Shown piece after piece: positions 50,930 through 60,195 of a stretch of DNA of 64,000 bases. The notes under the pieces are model-generated. The model saw nothing but the letters and a program-made list of their open reading frames with translations, had not been told where the DNA came from and did no database searches. Numbering within the stretch: the stretch's first letter is position 1; each line of letters opens with the position of its first letter. Source of the stretch: Aequorivita sp. (GTDB lineage: Bacteria; Bacteroidota; Bacteroidia; Flavobacteriales; Flavobacteriaceae); the NCBI GenBank assembly GCA_020435825.1, contig JAGQYY010000006.1:517-64516 (forward strand), written 5' to 3'. Made by a program: the position numbers and the translations under genes.

Positions 50930-52414
50930 TTATTGCAATAAAAACTCTATCAAAGTACCGGTAGGGTTTTTTTTGTCGTCATAAAGATCAATTATTTTAA
51001 AGGAATACTTCGTTTCGTTTTTTTTATTGAAGTTTTCGAGTCTTTCGTTAACAAATTTCAACCCCAAAGATTCTTTATTATATTTTTTTTTGCTCTTTCT
51101 TTCCAGGGCCATTTCCCGACCCATTCCATTATCCCGTATAGAAATTTTCACAATGTCTTTTTCGTTTGTGACCAAAATTTCAATCTCTTTGTTTTCCGTT
51201 TGAAGACTTAAGCCATGCCAAAGTGCATTTTCAATAAAAGGCTGTAATATCAATGCGGGTGTTTTGATCGTTGCGACGTTTACCTCAGGAGCAATATTTA
51301 TTGTGAAATCAATCTTTTTTTGGAAGCGCAAGTTTTCAATGCTCATATATAGTTTGAGAATGTCTAGTTCTTCTTCTAATGTAATACTGTCCGCTCGCGA
51401 GCTTTCAAGGATTTTCCGAATCAATTTTGAGAATTTATTCAGGTAATAAATGGCCTTTTCCTTTTCATTTTCAATAAAATATACTTTTATGGAATTAAGT
51501 GCATTAAAGATAAAATGAGGGTTCATCTGGCTTCTTAGTGACTCAAGTTTCAAAAGAGTGATTTCCTTTTCAAAAGCTGCTGTAATGGATTGCAATCGGT
51601 CTGATTCCGATTTTTTAAGGGTTTCCTTTAATTCTTTTTTTTGCTTGCTTAGCTTGGTCTCTAATTCAAGTTGATATGCTTCTTTTAACCTTTGTTTTTC
51701 TATTTGTTGTTCAATAATGTTGTTTTGTGACTTTATTTTTTCCAAATAAAGGACTTTAACCCAATATCCCAGACCAATCATGAAAATAATGGATTCTAGA
51801 ATTATTCCAATATAATAGTATGTTAATGGCGGAGGTTGATAGTCTATACCACTCGATTTATATATGGCAATGTATCCAAAGAAGTAATAAAATAGTACTC
51901 CCACTATGATGAAGTAGCGGCGTTTGTTCGGTATTTTAAATGAGATGTAAAGTCCATATGCTGTAATAGTAGTTATAATTGGCATAAAACCAAATATGTA
52001 TATATCGTGAAAAATATTTGGTTTCGCACTAATAGCAGAATAAATGAAAAGAAGGGATGCAATAAAAAACTGTATCCATAAATATTTTATAATGAATCTA
52101 TTAAACCCTGTGAAGTATTTTTTAAAATTCAAAAACTCTGTATAAAAAAGGAAGAGAAATGAGTTGTAAATAATTTGAATATAATAGTTGAATGCCCCAT
52201 AGCGGCTTGTTATATATTGAGTGTATATCTCATCAAAAAAGTAAGGAATTTTAGTTGCCAGATAAACAAACAGAAAAATATTATAGAGCCCATAAAAAAG
52301 AAAAACTCTCTGTTTGGATTGCCAATAAATCAGCATTGATAGCAGGAACAACGTGAGCATTCCTGAGGTTACGAAGCTCCATAAAAGAAAAAATCCTGTA
52401 TTGCCTTCCATCAC
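50930..52414 (-). CDS. LytS-type sensor histidine kinase with multi-TM input domain
   Basis: LRSQMNPHFIFNALN, QPFIENALWHG, DNGMG. Confidence 0.9.
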   Translation of the reverse strand: MMEGNTGFFLLWSFVTSGMLTLFLLSMLIYWQSKQRVFLFYGLYNIFLFVYLATKIPYFFDEIYTQYITSRYGAFNYYIQIIYNSFLFLFYTEFLNFKKYFTGFNRFIIKYLWIQFFIASLLFIYSAISAKPNIFHDIYIFGFMPIITTITAYGLYISFKIPNKRRYFIIVGVLFYYFFGYIAIYKSSGIDYQPPPLTYYYIGIILESIIFMIGLGYWVKVLYLEKIKSQNNIIEQQIEKQRLKEAYQLELETKLSKQKKELKETLKKSESDRLQSITAAFEKEITLLKLESLRSQMNPHFIFNALNSIKVYFIENEKEKAIYYLNKFSKLIRKILESSRADSITLEEELDILKLYMSIENLRFQKKIDFTINIAPEVNVATIKTPALILQPFIENALWHGLSLQTENKEIEILVTNEKDIVKISIRDNGMGREMALERKSKKKYNKESLGLKFVNERLENFNKKNETKYSFKIIDLYDDKKNPTGTLIEFLLQ

Positions 52415-53151
52415 AGATTATCTAAAAAATATGCCTTTCGCTGTCTTGATACAGGAAGTTTTGCGTTGTTTGTCAAAATTACATATTCGTCTGCTTTGTG
52501 ATATTCTTTCACTTTATTAAGATTGATTAGGAATGAATTGTGAATTCGAAAAAACTCCGGAAAATGTAATTTTTCTTCCATATATTTCAATTTTTTGGTT
52601 AGGAAGATTTTTTCATTGTTCTCCATGAAAACGGTGCAGTAATTCCCGTCGCTTTGACAATAAAGAATTTTATCGGTTTTTAAGATTATTAATTTGCCGT
52701 CTGTAGAAATCGTTATTTTTTTGTCCCCTTGATTTTCGTTTATTGCTAAGTTTTCAAGATTTTTCTTCAACTTTCCATGAAATTCCTTTTTTTCCTTTTC
52801 TTTTCTAATTCGGACAATACATTCGTGAAGATCATCAGAATCTATAGGTTTTAACAAATAGTCCAATGCGTTGCTTCTTATGGCCTTAATGGCAAATTGG
52901 TCATATGCTGTAGTTATTATGGCAATAAAATCACGCTCAGCAAAATATTCTAAAAACTGAAAGCCATCCATTTCTGGCATTTCAATGTCTAAAAAAACAC
53001 AGTCCACATGTTGTTTATTTAAAAATCTTTGCGCCTCCTGTGGATCCGTAAATGTTTTAAGGACAATAATTTCTTTTGAAAAATTTTGTAGTTCCCATTG
53101 CAAGCTTTTTATTGCTTGTGGCTCGTCATCTATTAGTATTGCTTCCAGCAT
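52411..53151 (-). CDS. LytTR-family response regulator
   Basis: IDDE, FLDIEMP, TTAYD, FFRIHNSFLIN, PVSR. Confidence 0.92.
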   Translation of the reverse strand: MLEAILIDDEPQAIKSLQWELQNFSKEIIVLKTFTDPQEAQRFLNKQHVDCVFLDIEMPEMDGFQFLEYFAERDFIAIITTAYDQFAIKAIRSNALDYLLKPIDSDDLHECIVRIRKEKEKKEFHGKLKKNLENLAINENQGDKKITISTDGKLIILKTDKILYCQSDGNYCTVFMENNEKIFLTKKLKYMEEKLHFPEFFRIHNSFLINLNKVKEYHKADEYVILTNNAKLPVSRQRKAYFLDNL

Positions 53152-53413
53152 ATTAGCTAATGTAAATAATAAATATAATTAAATCTGAACCAAAATTTAG
53201 ATTGTTTACGTGAGTGGCTTCAAAATCCGTATGGATGGGTTATATAAAGCTATAATTTGTGTTTTTGGGCTGTAAATGATTATACAGGCGAAAAATCTTA
53301 TAAATAGACCATTTGCATAAAAATTATACCCATTCATACATAAATGCAAATTGGGTGGCTTATGTAAATTTAATTTTGAAATAGTTATTTTCTGAAAATC
53401 ATTCATTAAACAA

Positions 53414-55924
53414 ATGCAAAAAAGTTTTGTTTTAATATTATTGGTAATTGTTTCTATTGGAAGCACGGCACAAGTGGGTATAAATACTACAGATCCCAAG
53501 GCTCAGTTGGATATTAAAGCGAGCAATAGCGCAGCGCCTTTACCAACAGATGGGATACTTGTACCTAAGATTGAAGATTTTCCCGCAACAAGTCCTGGAG
53601 TGGATCAAAATGGTATGATGGTTTATTTGGTTAATACTGTAGGTGTATATCTACCTGGGTTTTATTATTGGGAAAACACCTTAGGTGTATGGACCCCCAT
53701 TGGTAATAATAGCAATACCGGCTGGAACATACAGGGAAATGCGAATACAGATGAAACAATAAACTTTATTGGAACCAAAGACGATCAAGATTTGGTTTTT
53801 AAGAGAAATAATATAAAATCAGGAAGTATTTCTGCTTCAAATACATCTTTTGGAATACAATCCGTTTTAAGCAATGGCGGTAGCGGAAATAATGGATTTG
53901 GACTACGGGCACTTAAAGAGAATATTTCAGGAAACAGTAACAATGCTTTTGGGAAGGATGCATTGACACAGAATGTGTCTGGAAGTTTTAACAGTGCTTT
54001 TGGGGGTTTCAGTCTAAATAAAAATACGGCTTCAGATAATAGTGGTTTTGGTTATTTTACCTTGTCTAATAATACTACTGGAAGCGCCAATTCAGCCTTC
54101 GGCATAGGTGCTTTGCTGAATAATATTTCAGGTATTGATAATTCAGCCTTTGGTTCTTATTCAATGGTTGAAAACACAACTGGATCAAGTAATTCGGCTT
54201 TTGGAAGAAACGCATTAAGGAATAATACAACCGGTAACAATAATGTCGCTATTGGTATGTTGGCTTTAAAAGAGAACACCAATGGAAAGTTTAATGTAGC
54301 AATAGGAAAGGAGGCTCTAGCCTCAAATACACTAGGAAATCAAAATACAGCTATAGGCTATATTGCGCAACTTTCCAATACAACAGGAGTTGGAAATACT
54401 TCTGTAGGAAACAGAGCATTGCGAGCTAACACTACTGGAAATCTTAATGTGGCTGTTGGCACAAATGCCTTAGAAAACAACACTGGAACTGGGAATGTTG
54501 CAATAGGGAGAGCGGCGTTATTTAACAATATTGCCGCAGATTATAATGTGGCGGTAGGTTCAAATGCCTTATATGCCAACACAACGGGAATTAATAATGT
54601 TGCTGTGGGTCGAAATAGCCTAAGTTCCTCCACCACAGCGAATGATAATTCTGCTTTTGGAAACTTTTCAATGTATAGTAATAATTCTGGAATCAATAAC
54701 GCTGCATTCGGTAAATCGTCAATGTTCCTAAATACCACGGGCAGTAATAATTCTTCCTTGGGAGCTTCTTCATTATATAATAATACTAGCGGGAACAATA
54801 ATAACGCTTTTGGTTTTCAAGCATTGGCAAGTAATACAACAGGAACCGAAAATTCCGCCTTTGGAACTTCAACTTTATTTAATGCTACTACAGGAATCCA
54901 TAATAGCGCATTTGGTAATGAGTCTTTAGCTAGTAATGATACAGGATCTAGCAATGCAGCCTTTGGTTACGCGGCATTAAATAATAATTCTATTGGCATA
55001 GGCAATACGGCAATAGGGCTGCAGGGTTTAGTATCTAATACAACAGGGAATTTTAATACAGCAATAGGCTACAATGCAGATGTAGAATCTGGCACCTTGA
55101 CCAATGCAATTGCTATTGGTGCACATGCACAAGTTGGCTCCAGCAATAGTTTGGTGTTGGGGAGTATTATAGGAATTAATAGTGCCACATCCTCTACAAA
55201 TGTTGGTATTGGCACTACTTCTCCCGCTGCAAGACTCCAGATTGAAGGTGGAAATGTTCTTTTTAACAATGATTCTGGAAATTATGATATACGGGCAAAA
55301 TCTCAAACCGAACCCTATATGTTTCTACTTGATTCGAGTGATGATTCTGTTAAAATTGGAACTTCTGCTACAACTACTGAGCTATTAAGAGTGGGCGATG
55401 ATTTAGGGGATGGTATCCAAATAGGAACTTTTGAAATTATTGAGGATGGAGGCCCAGCACTTATTCAGGTTAATTCATCCTTTGCTCCCTCCGTTGATAA
55501 TAGTTATGATTTAGGTACAGCAACCCAGCATTGGGACGACGTATTTGCAACGAATGGCATTATCCAAACTTCTGATGTTAGAACCAAGACCAATATTGAA
55601 AATTCAGTTTATGGTCTAAAAGAGGTTATGCAACTTCGCCCGGTTTCTTTTAACTGGATAGATAGCCCCAATCAAAAAAAGAAACTTGGTTTTATAGCGC
55701 AGGAAGTTTTGCCTATTTTAAATGAAGTGGTTAAAACTGAAGATTTAAATATTGACGAAAACGGAAACAAAACCATCATACAATTAGATAGAATGGGAGT
55801 GTACTATTCTGATATAATCCCGGTTTTAGTAAAAGGAATTCAAGAACAACAAGAAATTATTGAAAAACAAAGTCAACAGTTGGAATCTTTAGAAGAGAGG
55901 TTAAAAGCTTTGGAACAACACTAG
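53414..55924 (+). CDS. Secreted fibre-like repeat protein with C-terminal peptidase S74-type chaperone domain
   Basis: Signal peptide + QVGINTTDP; about 25 Nx[AGS]xG repeats of ~14 aa; TSDVRTKTNI...LRPVSF...GFIAQE and terminal coiled coil. Confidence 0.8.
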   Translation: MQKSFVLILLVIVSIGSTAQVGINTTDPKAQLDIKASNSAAPLPTDGILVPKIEDFPATSPGVDQNGMMVYLVNTVGVYLPGFYYWENTLGVWTPIGNNSNTGWNIQGNANTDETINFIGTKDDQDLVFKRNNIKSGSISASNTSFGIQSVLSNGGSGNNGFGLRALKENISGNSNNAFGKDALTQNVSGSFNSAFGGFSLNKNTASDNSGFGYFTLSNNTTGSANSAFGIGALLNNISGIDNSAFGSYSMVENTTGSSNSAFGRNALRNNTTGNNNVAIGMLALKENTNGKFNVAIGKEALASNTLGNQNTAIGYIAQLSNTTGVGNTSVGNRALRANTTGNLNVAVGTNALENNTGTGNVAIGRAALFNNIAADYNVAVGSNALYANTTGINNVAVGRNSLSSSTTANDNSAFGNFSMYSNNSGINNAAFGKSSMFLNTTGSNNSSLGASSLYNNTSGNNNNAFGFQALASNTTGTENSAFGTSTLFNATTGIHNSAFGNESLASNDTGSSNAAFGYAALNNNSIGIGNTAIGLQGLVSNTTGNFNTAIGYNADVESGTLTNAIAIGAHAQVGSSNSLVLGSIIGINSATSSTNVGIGTTSPAARLQIEGGNVLFNNDSGNYDIRAKSQTEPYMFLLDSSDDSVKIGTSATTTELLRVGDDLGDGIQIGTFEIIEDGGPALIQVNSSFAPSVDNSYDLGTATQHWDDVFATNGIIQTSDVRTKTNIENSVYGLKEVMQLRPVSFNWIDSPNQKKKLGFIAQEVLPILNEVVKTEDLNIDENGNKTIIQLDRMGVYYSDIIPVLVKGIQEQQEIIEKQSQQLESLEERLKALEQH

Positions 55925-55968
55925 TTTATTCTAATCATATGTAATTAGATTAATGAGGGGTAGTGTTT

Positions 55969-56001
55969 AAAAACCTTGAAATTTATTTTCAGGGTTTTTT
56001 T
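55969..56001 (+). terminator. Probable terminator
   Basis: AAAAACCTTGAAA...TTTCAGGGTTTTTTT. Confidence 0.6.
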
Positions 56002-56062
56002 TGTACATTTTTTTTGCATCGGGGTTTATTGATTATCTTCGTGCACTATTAAAAACAAAGAA

Positions 56063-56512
56063 ATGAGCTTACAGGAAAAGGTAATGGAGGCGATGAAGAC
56101 AGCAATGAAGGCGAAAGACACACAGTCTTTGGAAGCCTTGCGCGCCGTAAAGTCAGCCTTGCTTTTAGCGCAGACAGAGACAGGTTCTAAAGCAGATTTA
56201 ACGGAAGATGAAGAACTGAAATTACTTCAAAAACAAGTTAAACAACGAAAGGATAGTGCTGCAATTTATAAAGAGCAAGGGCGTGAAGATTTGGCCGAGC
56301 CAGAATTGGCACAGGCAAAGATAATTGAACAATTTTTACCAAAACAGTTAAGTGAAGAGGAAGTGGGCAAGATTGTAGCTGAAATAATTGCAGAAACGGG
56401 AGCATCATCCATGGCGGATATGGGAAAGGTAATGGGGCTGGCCAGTGCACGGCTTGCAGGAAAGGCTGATGGGAAGACCATTTCAACTGCTGTAAAGTCG
56501 AGACTTTCTTAG
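56063..56512 (+). CDS. GatB/YqeY domain protein
   Basis: MKTAMKAKD, KQRKDS, FLPKQLS, DMGKVMG, ADGK. Confidence 0.92.
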   Translation: MSLQEKVMEAMKTAMKAKDTQSLEALRAVKSALLLAQTETGSKADLTEDEELKLLQKQVKQRKDSAAIYKEQGREDLAEPELAQAKIIEQFLPKQLSEEEVGKIVAEIIAETGASSMADMGKVMGLASARLAGKADGKTISTAVKSRLS

Positions 56513-56536
56513 AAAATTTTAGGAATATATAAAAAG

Positions 56537-56556
56537 ATTCCCGCCTTCGCGGGAAT
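56537..56556. repeat. ATTCCC-N8-GGGAAT palindrome
   Basis: ATTCCCGCCTTCGCGGGAAT. Confidence 0.7.
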
Positions 56557-56561
56557 GAAAA

Positions 56562-56624
56562 GGCCGCGTGGCGCAACTGAATAGCGCATCAGACCTGCCT
56601 GCCGGCAGGCAGGTTTCGGCTCTG
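56562..56624 (+). pseudogene. Partial duplicate of tRNA-Arg (5' 43 nt) interrupted by a 20-bp palindrome
   Basis: Identical to 56905-56947 once CCTGCCTGCCGGCAGGCAGG (56594-56613) is removed; no T arm or 3' acceptor strand. Confidence 0.9.
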
Positions 56625-56663
56625 GATGTTCTAAAAAAGCCAAATTAAGTTGTAATTTTGGAA

Positions 56664-56900
56664 ATGTTTTTTGTCTATGTTTTGCGAAGTGAAAAAGATG
56701 GGCGCCTATATAAGGGCTTGACCCAGGACTTGGAAAAGAGGCTTTCACAGCACAATAAGGGAGAAAATACATCGACCAAGGGATTTTGTCCCTGGAAATT
56801 AGTTCATCAGAAATCCTTTGGAACGCGAACCGAGGCCAGGGCTTACGAAAAGTATTTAAAATCTGGTATTGGGAGGGCTTTTTTAAAGGAAATAGTTTAA
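56664..56900 (+). CDS. Minimal GIY-YIG nuclease family protein
   Basis: FVYVL.S...RLYKG.T.DLEKRL.QHN.G...TK...PW.LV....F..R.EA...EKYLKSG.GR; 78 aa from ATG 56664. Confidence 0.88.
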   Translation: MFFVYVLRSEKDGRLYKGLTQDLEKRLSQHNKGENTSTKGFCPWKLVHQKSFGTRTEARAYEKYLKSGIGRAFLKEIV

Positions 56901-56904
56901 TAAC

Positions 56905-56978
56905 GGCCGCGTGGCGCAACTGAATAGCGCATCAGATTTCGGCTCTGAGGGTTGGGGGTTTGAATCCCTCCGCGGTCA
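56905..56978 (+). tRNA. tRNA-Arg (anticodon UCG)
   Basis: Acceptor GGCCGCG/CGCGGTC, anticodon stem TCAGA/TCTGA around loop TTTCGGC, T arm GGGGG-TTTGAAT-CCCTC; CCA not encoded. Confidence 0.93.
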
Positions 56979-56987
56979 CGAATAAAT

Positions 56988-57028
56988 GAAAAGGGAGAAA
57001 AAAGGTTTTAGCTTTTTCTCCCTTTTTA
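56988..57028 (+). terminator. Terminator after tRNA
   Basis: AAAAGGGAGAAAAA...TTTTTCTCCCTTTTT. Confidence 0.7.
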
Positions 57029-57236
57029 TATTCAAAGCAGAGCTTTAAAAGGTGCGCACGCCGAATGCCATTCGTGAAAAAGCAGCTAAATTTATCACCT
57101 TTTTTTGCTATTTGCGAAGAATTTTCAGCAAATCTCCCGTCATTAAAAATGTGTTAATTAATACAGTTTTAATAATAATAGCCTACAGGATTTTTTAATT
57201 TTAATTCTCAAAAAAACTAATGTAAAAACAAATATT

Positions 57237-57602
57237 ATGTTCACCATTATCAATGGACTTCCACAGGATATTTTGGGAATAGTGATTTCCGGGAAAACTA
57301 CTGAAGCAGATTATGACCAACTTAACCCACTACTGGAAAAACATAAAATGATGCACGGCACCATCAAGCTTTTTGTTGAAATAGACGAGTTGGATTATAC
57401 TGCAAAAGCAATGTGGGAGGATTTTAAAGTTGGACTTCATTATTGGCGCGAGATAAGGGCCATTGCCATCGTTACCGACAAAGAATGGCTGGAGAAATCC
57501 ATTGAGGCTTTCGGTTTAATTATACCTGGAATGAAAACAAAAGGTTTTGAGTTGGATGGGCGCCAAGAGGCATTGGAGTGGTTAAAAAATCAAGACAACT
57601 AA
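57237..57602 (+). CDS. SpoIIAA-like (STAS/SEC14) protein
   Basis: AMWEDFK...IAIVTDKEW...EALEWL pattern. Confidence 0.8.
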   Translation: MFTIINGLPQDILGIVISGKTTEADYDQLNPLLEKHKMMHGTIKLFVEIDELDYTAKAMWEDFKVGLHYWREIRAIAIVTDKEWLEKSIEAFGLIIPGMKTKGFELDGRQEALEWLKNQDN

Positions 57603-57627
57603 AATTCTTTAGCGGATAAAGCCTCTC

Positions 57628-58068
57628 TCAAACTCCAAACTGTTTTAAATGGTGGTCCAAGTGTTTGTACTGCATCTGGCCCCATTGTTGTGGAGTGAAT
57701 TTTCCAAAAATGGGGTGGGGTTCCCATTGTTTTTGCTTTTTTTTTGCGTGAAATTCAGCAATCAACTTTTTGAGCTCATTTTTCTCTGTTTCAAAATCCC
57801 TATTGTCTGAAATTTTAAAACTTTTTGCCGTTGGTAAATTCTGTTTCCACGGTTTGTCGTTATACAACATTTTCTTAAACAAGAAGGCGAGGGGAAAGAA
57901 CTGCTTTTTTACCTTCTCTTTTTCTAAGGCTAGATTTAGTGGTTCCTGACAATGCTTTAACATTTGTCCAATACTCATTTTACCCCACTGTCTTTCAGAA
58001 TTTTCAGAAAGCACATCAATTCTGTTTTTTATTTCGGAATACGCCTCAGGTTCAAAAAGTGATTTCAT
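57628..58068 (-). CDS. DinB-like / DUF1569 protein
   Basis: WGKM...QMLKHC, HPIFG, KHLDHHLKQFG. Confidence 0.82.
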   Translation of the reverse strand: MKSLFEPEAYSEIKNRIDVLSENSERQWGKMSIGQMLKHCQEPLNLALEKEKVKKQFFPLAFLFKKMLYNDKPWKQNLPTAKSFKISDNRDFETEKNELKKLIAEFHAKKKQKQWEPHPIFGKFTPQQWGQMQYKHLDHHLKQFGV

Positions 58069-58197
58069 CTTTATGTATATGTGTTTGAAAGAATAAATTT
58101 ATTCAATAAAATATGAAATTTTCTATTTAAGAAGATTGTTTTTAAATCTTTATGCAGTTTAAACATTCGTTATTATCTTTAATGAAAAGCTTAGAAT

Positions 58198-58893
58198 ATG
58201 GAAGAAAATACTTCTTTTTCCATAAAAAACTGGAACGAAGACGACCGTCCGCGCGAAAAATTGCTGTTGAAAGGCCGAACCGCGCTTAGCGATGCCGAGT
58301 TGATTGCAATACTTATTGGTTCTGGAAGCCGCAACGAAAGTGCCGTTTCCTTAAGTAAGCGTATTTTGGCTTCAGTGGGCAATAATTTAAGTGAATTGGG
58401 AAGGCTTTCCGTTCCTGAATTAATGGAATTTAAAGGTATAGGCGAGGCAAAGGCCATAAGCATTGCCGCTGCAATGGAATTGGGTCGAAGAAGAAGAGCG
58501 GGCGAAGCTTTGGAGCGAAAAAAAATTACATCGAGCAACTCTGTTTTTGAATACGTACAGCCCATAATTGGAGAACTTCCGCATGAGGAATTTTGGATAC
58601 TTTATTTAAACAACTCGAACAAAATTATAAAAAGCAACCAGCTCAGTAAAGGTGGAATTACGGGAACGGTTGTAGATGTGCGGCTGGCTTTTAAAGAAGC
58701 ATTGCAACTTGGTGCCGTTGGAATTATTTTGGCGCACAATCATCCCTCGGGAACCTTGAAGCCCAGTCAAGCAGATATTCAACTTACCAAAAAACTGAAA
58801 ATGGCAGGCGAAAGTCTGGACATAAAAGTGCTGGACCATCTTATAATTACCGAAAAAGCGTACTTTAGCTTTGCCGATGAAAATATGCTGTAA
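58198..58893 (+). CDS. radC: RadC family JAB domain protein
   Basis: DRPREKL, LSDAELIAIL, AHNHPSG, LDHLI. Confidence 0.93.
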   Translation: MEENTSFSIKNWNEDDRPREKLLLKGRTALSDAELIAILIGSGSRNESAVSLSKRILASVGNNLSELGRLSVPELMEFKGIGEAKAISIAAAMELGRRRRAGEALERKKITSSNSVFEYVQPIIGELPHEEFWILYLNNSNKIIKSNQLSKGGITGTVVDVRLAFKEALQLGAVGIILAHNHPSGTLKPSQADIQLTKKLKMAGESLDIKVLDHLIITEKAYFSFADENML

Positions 58894-58899
58894 CCCGAT

Positions 58900-60195
58900 A
58901 TGCTTTTAATTTACACCCAAAAACTCACCCCTCGTATTTCCTATATTTTTAAGCATATTTGTTTGCGTATTCTAGGAGTTGATGTTGTCTTTACTTCAGT
59001 AATTGAAGAATTTATAGCCCACGTTGGCCCAAAAATTTCCTATGGAAAAAAACCGCTGGGCAACGAACTTTTCTTTCAAAGTTATGGGCTTTTGGAACAA
59101 CAGGGTTTGGAATCAATTGATTTTACTGTTAAAAAATGGGGAGACACTTTCGGTTTTTTTTCTGTTTCAAACAGTAGTGGACTTCCTTTTGATATTTTTT
59201 CCGCCAGTTTTTATATGATTACGCGCTATGAAGAATATCTTCCACATGTGAAAGATGAGGTGGGCCGCTTTATGGCCTCGGAAAGTTTGGCGCATAAAGA
59301 AGGATTTCTTCATCAGCCTATAGTGGATATTTGGGCGTATCTATTTAAGGATAAACTTCTGGATGCCTTTCCTGAATTGATTTTTCCTCCAAAAAAGATT
59401 ATCGTCCATCCTGTAATTGAAGCAGCTCAGCCCTATGCCTATATGCAGAAAGGAATATTTAGAACTGTTGTGGGATATGTAAATAGTTTTTTTCACGGGA
59501 AATTTAGAAATATGATTGAACGCACCCAAGTGGTTTTGGGTATAAAGCGCGACCCGTTGGATACTTTCAAATGGATTGTAAATAAAGCCACACGGAGTGA
59601 TTTCAACCTTACTGTTTTCTTCCTTTTGGGAAATTCGCTATCATTCAATGAGAGTATGAACACCCATAGGCAGAAGTTCAAAATGCTGATAAAATTTGTT
59701 TCGGATTACAAAGATGTAGGACTTATATTTTCATTCAATTCATTGAAAGATTATGAAATGCTGAAAAGCGAAAAGCGCCGGATGCAAGAAATAACCAATC
59801 GTTCACTTACCAGCGCTATGAATTCTGAATTTTTGGTGAACCTTCCTGATATATATCGTCATTTGGTGGAACTGGAGGTAAAGCGTGATTTTACAATGGT
59901 TTTTCGTGATACTGTTGGCTTCCGTGCTGGAACTTGTACGCCCTTTCTTTTTTATGATTTGGATTATGAAATAAAAACTCCTTTAATTATCCATCCTTCC
60001 GCGATGACTACGTTGGCATTTCAAAAAAAATACGCCTCAGATATTGAAAAAACAGTCAATAATACCATTAAAGCAGTAGAAAATGTAAACGGAACTTTTA
60101 CTATGATTTTTTCCAACAAGGATTTCTCTTCTACCGAAAACAATAAAGTATGGCGAAGTATCTTTTCAGAAAAACTACAGGAATATGCACAATAA
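58900..60195 (+). CDS. Conserved hypothetical protein, polysaccharide deacetylase-like fold
   Basis: DIFSASFY.ITRYEEY, PIVDIW, GFRAGTCTPF.FYD. Confidence 0.65.
   Translation: MLLIYTQKLTPRISYIFKHICLRILGVDVVFTSVIEEFIAHVGPKISYGKKPLGNELFFQSYGLLEQQGLESIDFTVKKWGDTFGFFSVSNSSGLPFDIFSASFYMITRYEEYLPHVKDEVGRFMASESLAHKEGFLHQPIVDIWAYLFKDKLLDAFPELIFPPKKIIVHPVIEAAQPYAYMQKGIFRTVVGYVNSFFHGKFRNMIERTQVVLGIKRDPLDTFKWIVNKATRSDFNLTVFFLLGNSLSFNESMNTHRQKFKMLIKFVSDYKDVGLIFSFNSLKDYEMLKSEKRRMQEITNRSLTSAMNSEFLVNLPDIYRHLVELEVKRDFTMVFRDTVGFRAGTCTPFLFYDLDYEIKTPLIIHPSAMTTLAFQKKYASDIEKTVNNTIKAVENVNGTFTMIFSNKDFSSTENNKVWRSIFSEKLQEYAQ

Noticed and set aside
53414-55924. Prophage tail fibre indicating a prophage
   Set aside because: It has a signal peptide and there are no other phage genes or integrase in the window.
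58198-58893. radC as a marker of a mobile element
   Set aside because: Full-length chromosomal-type RadC among housekeeping genes.
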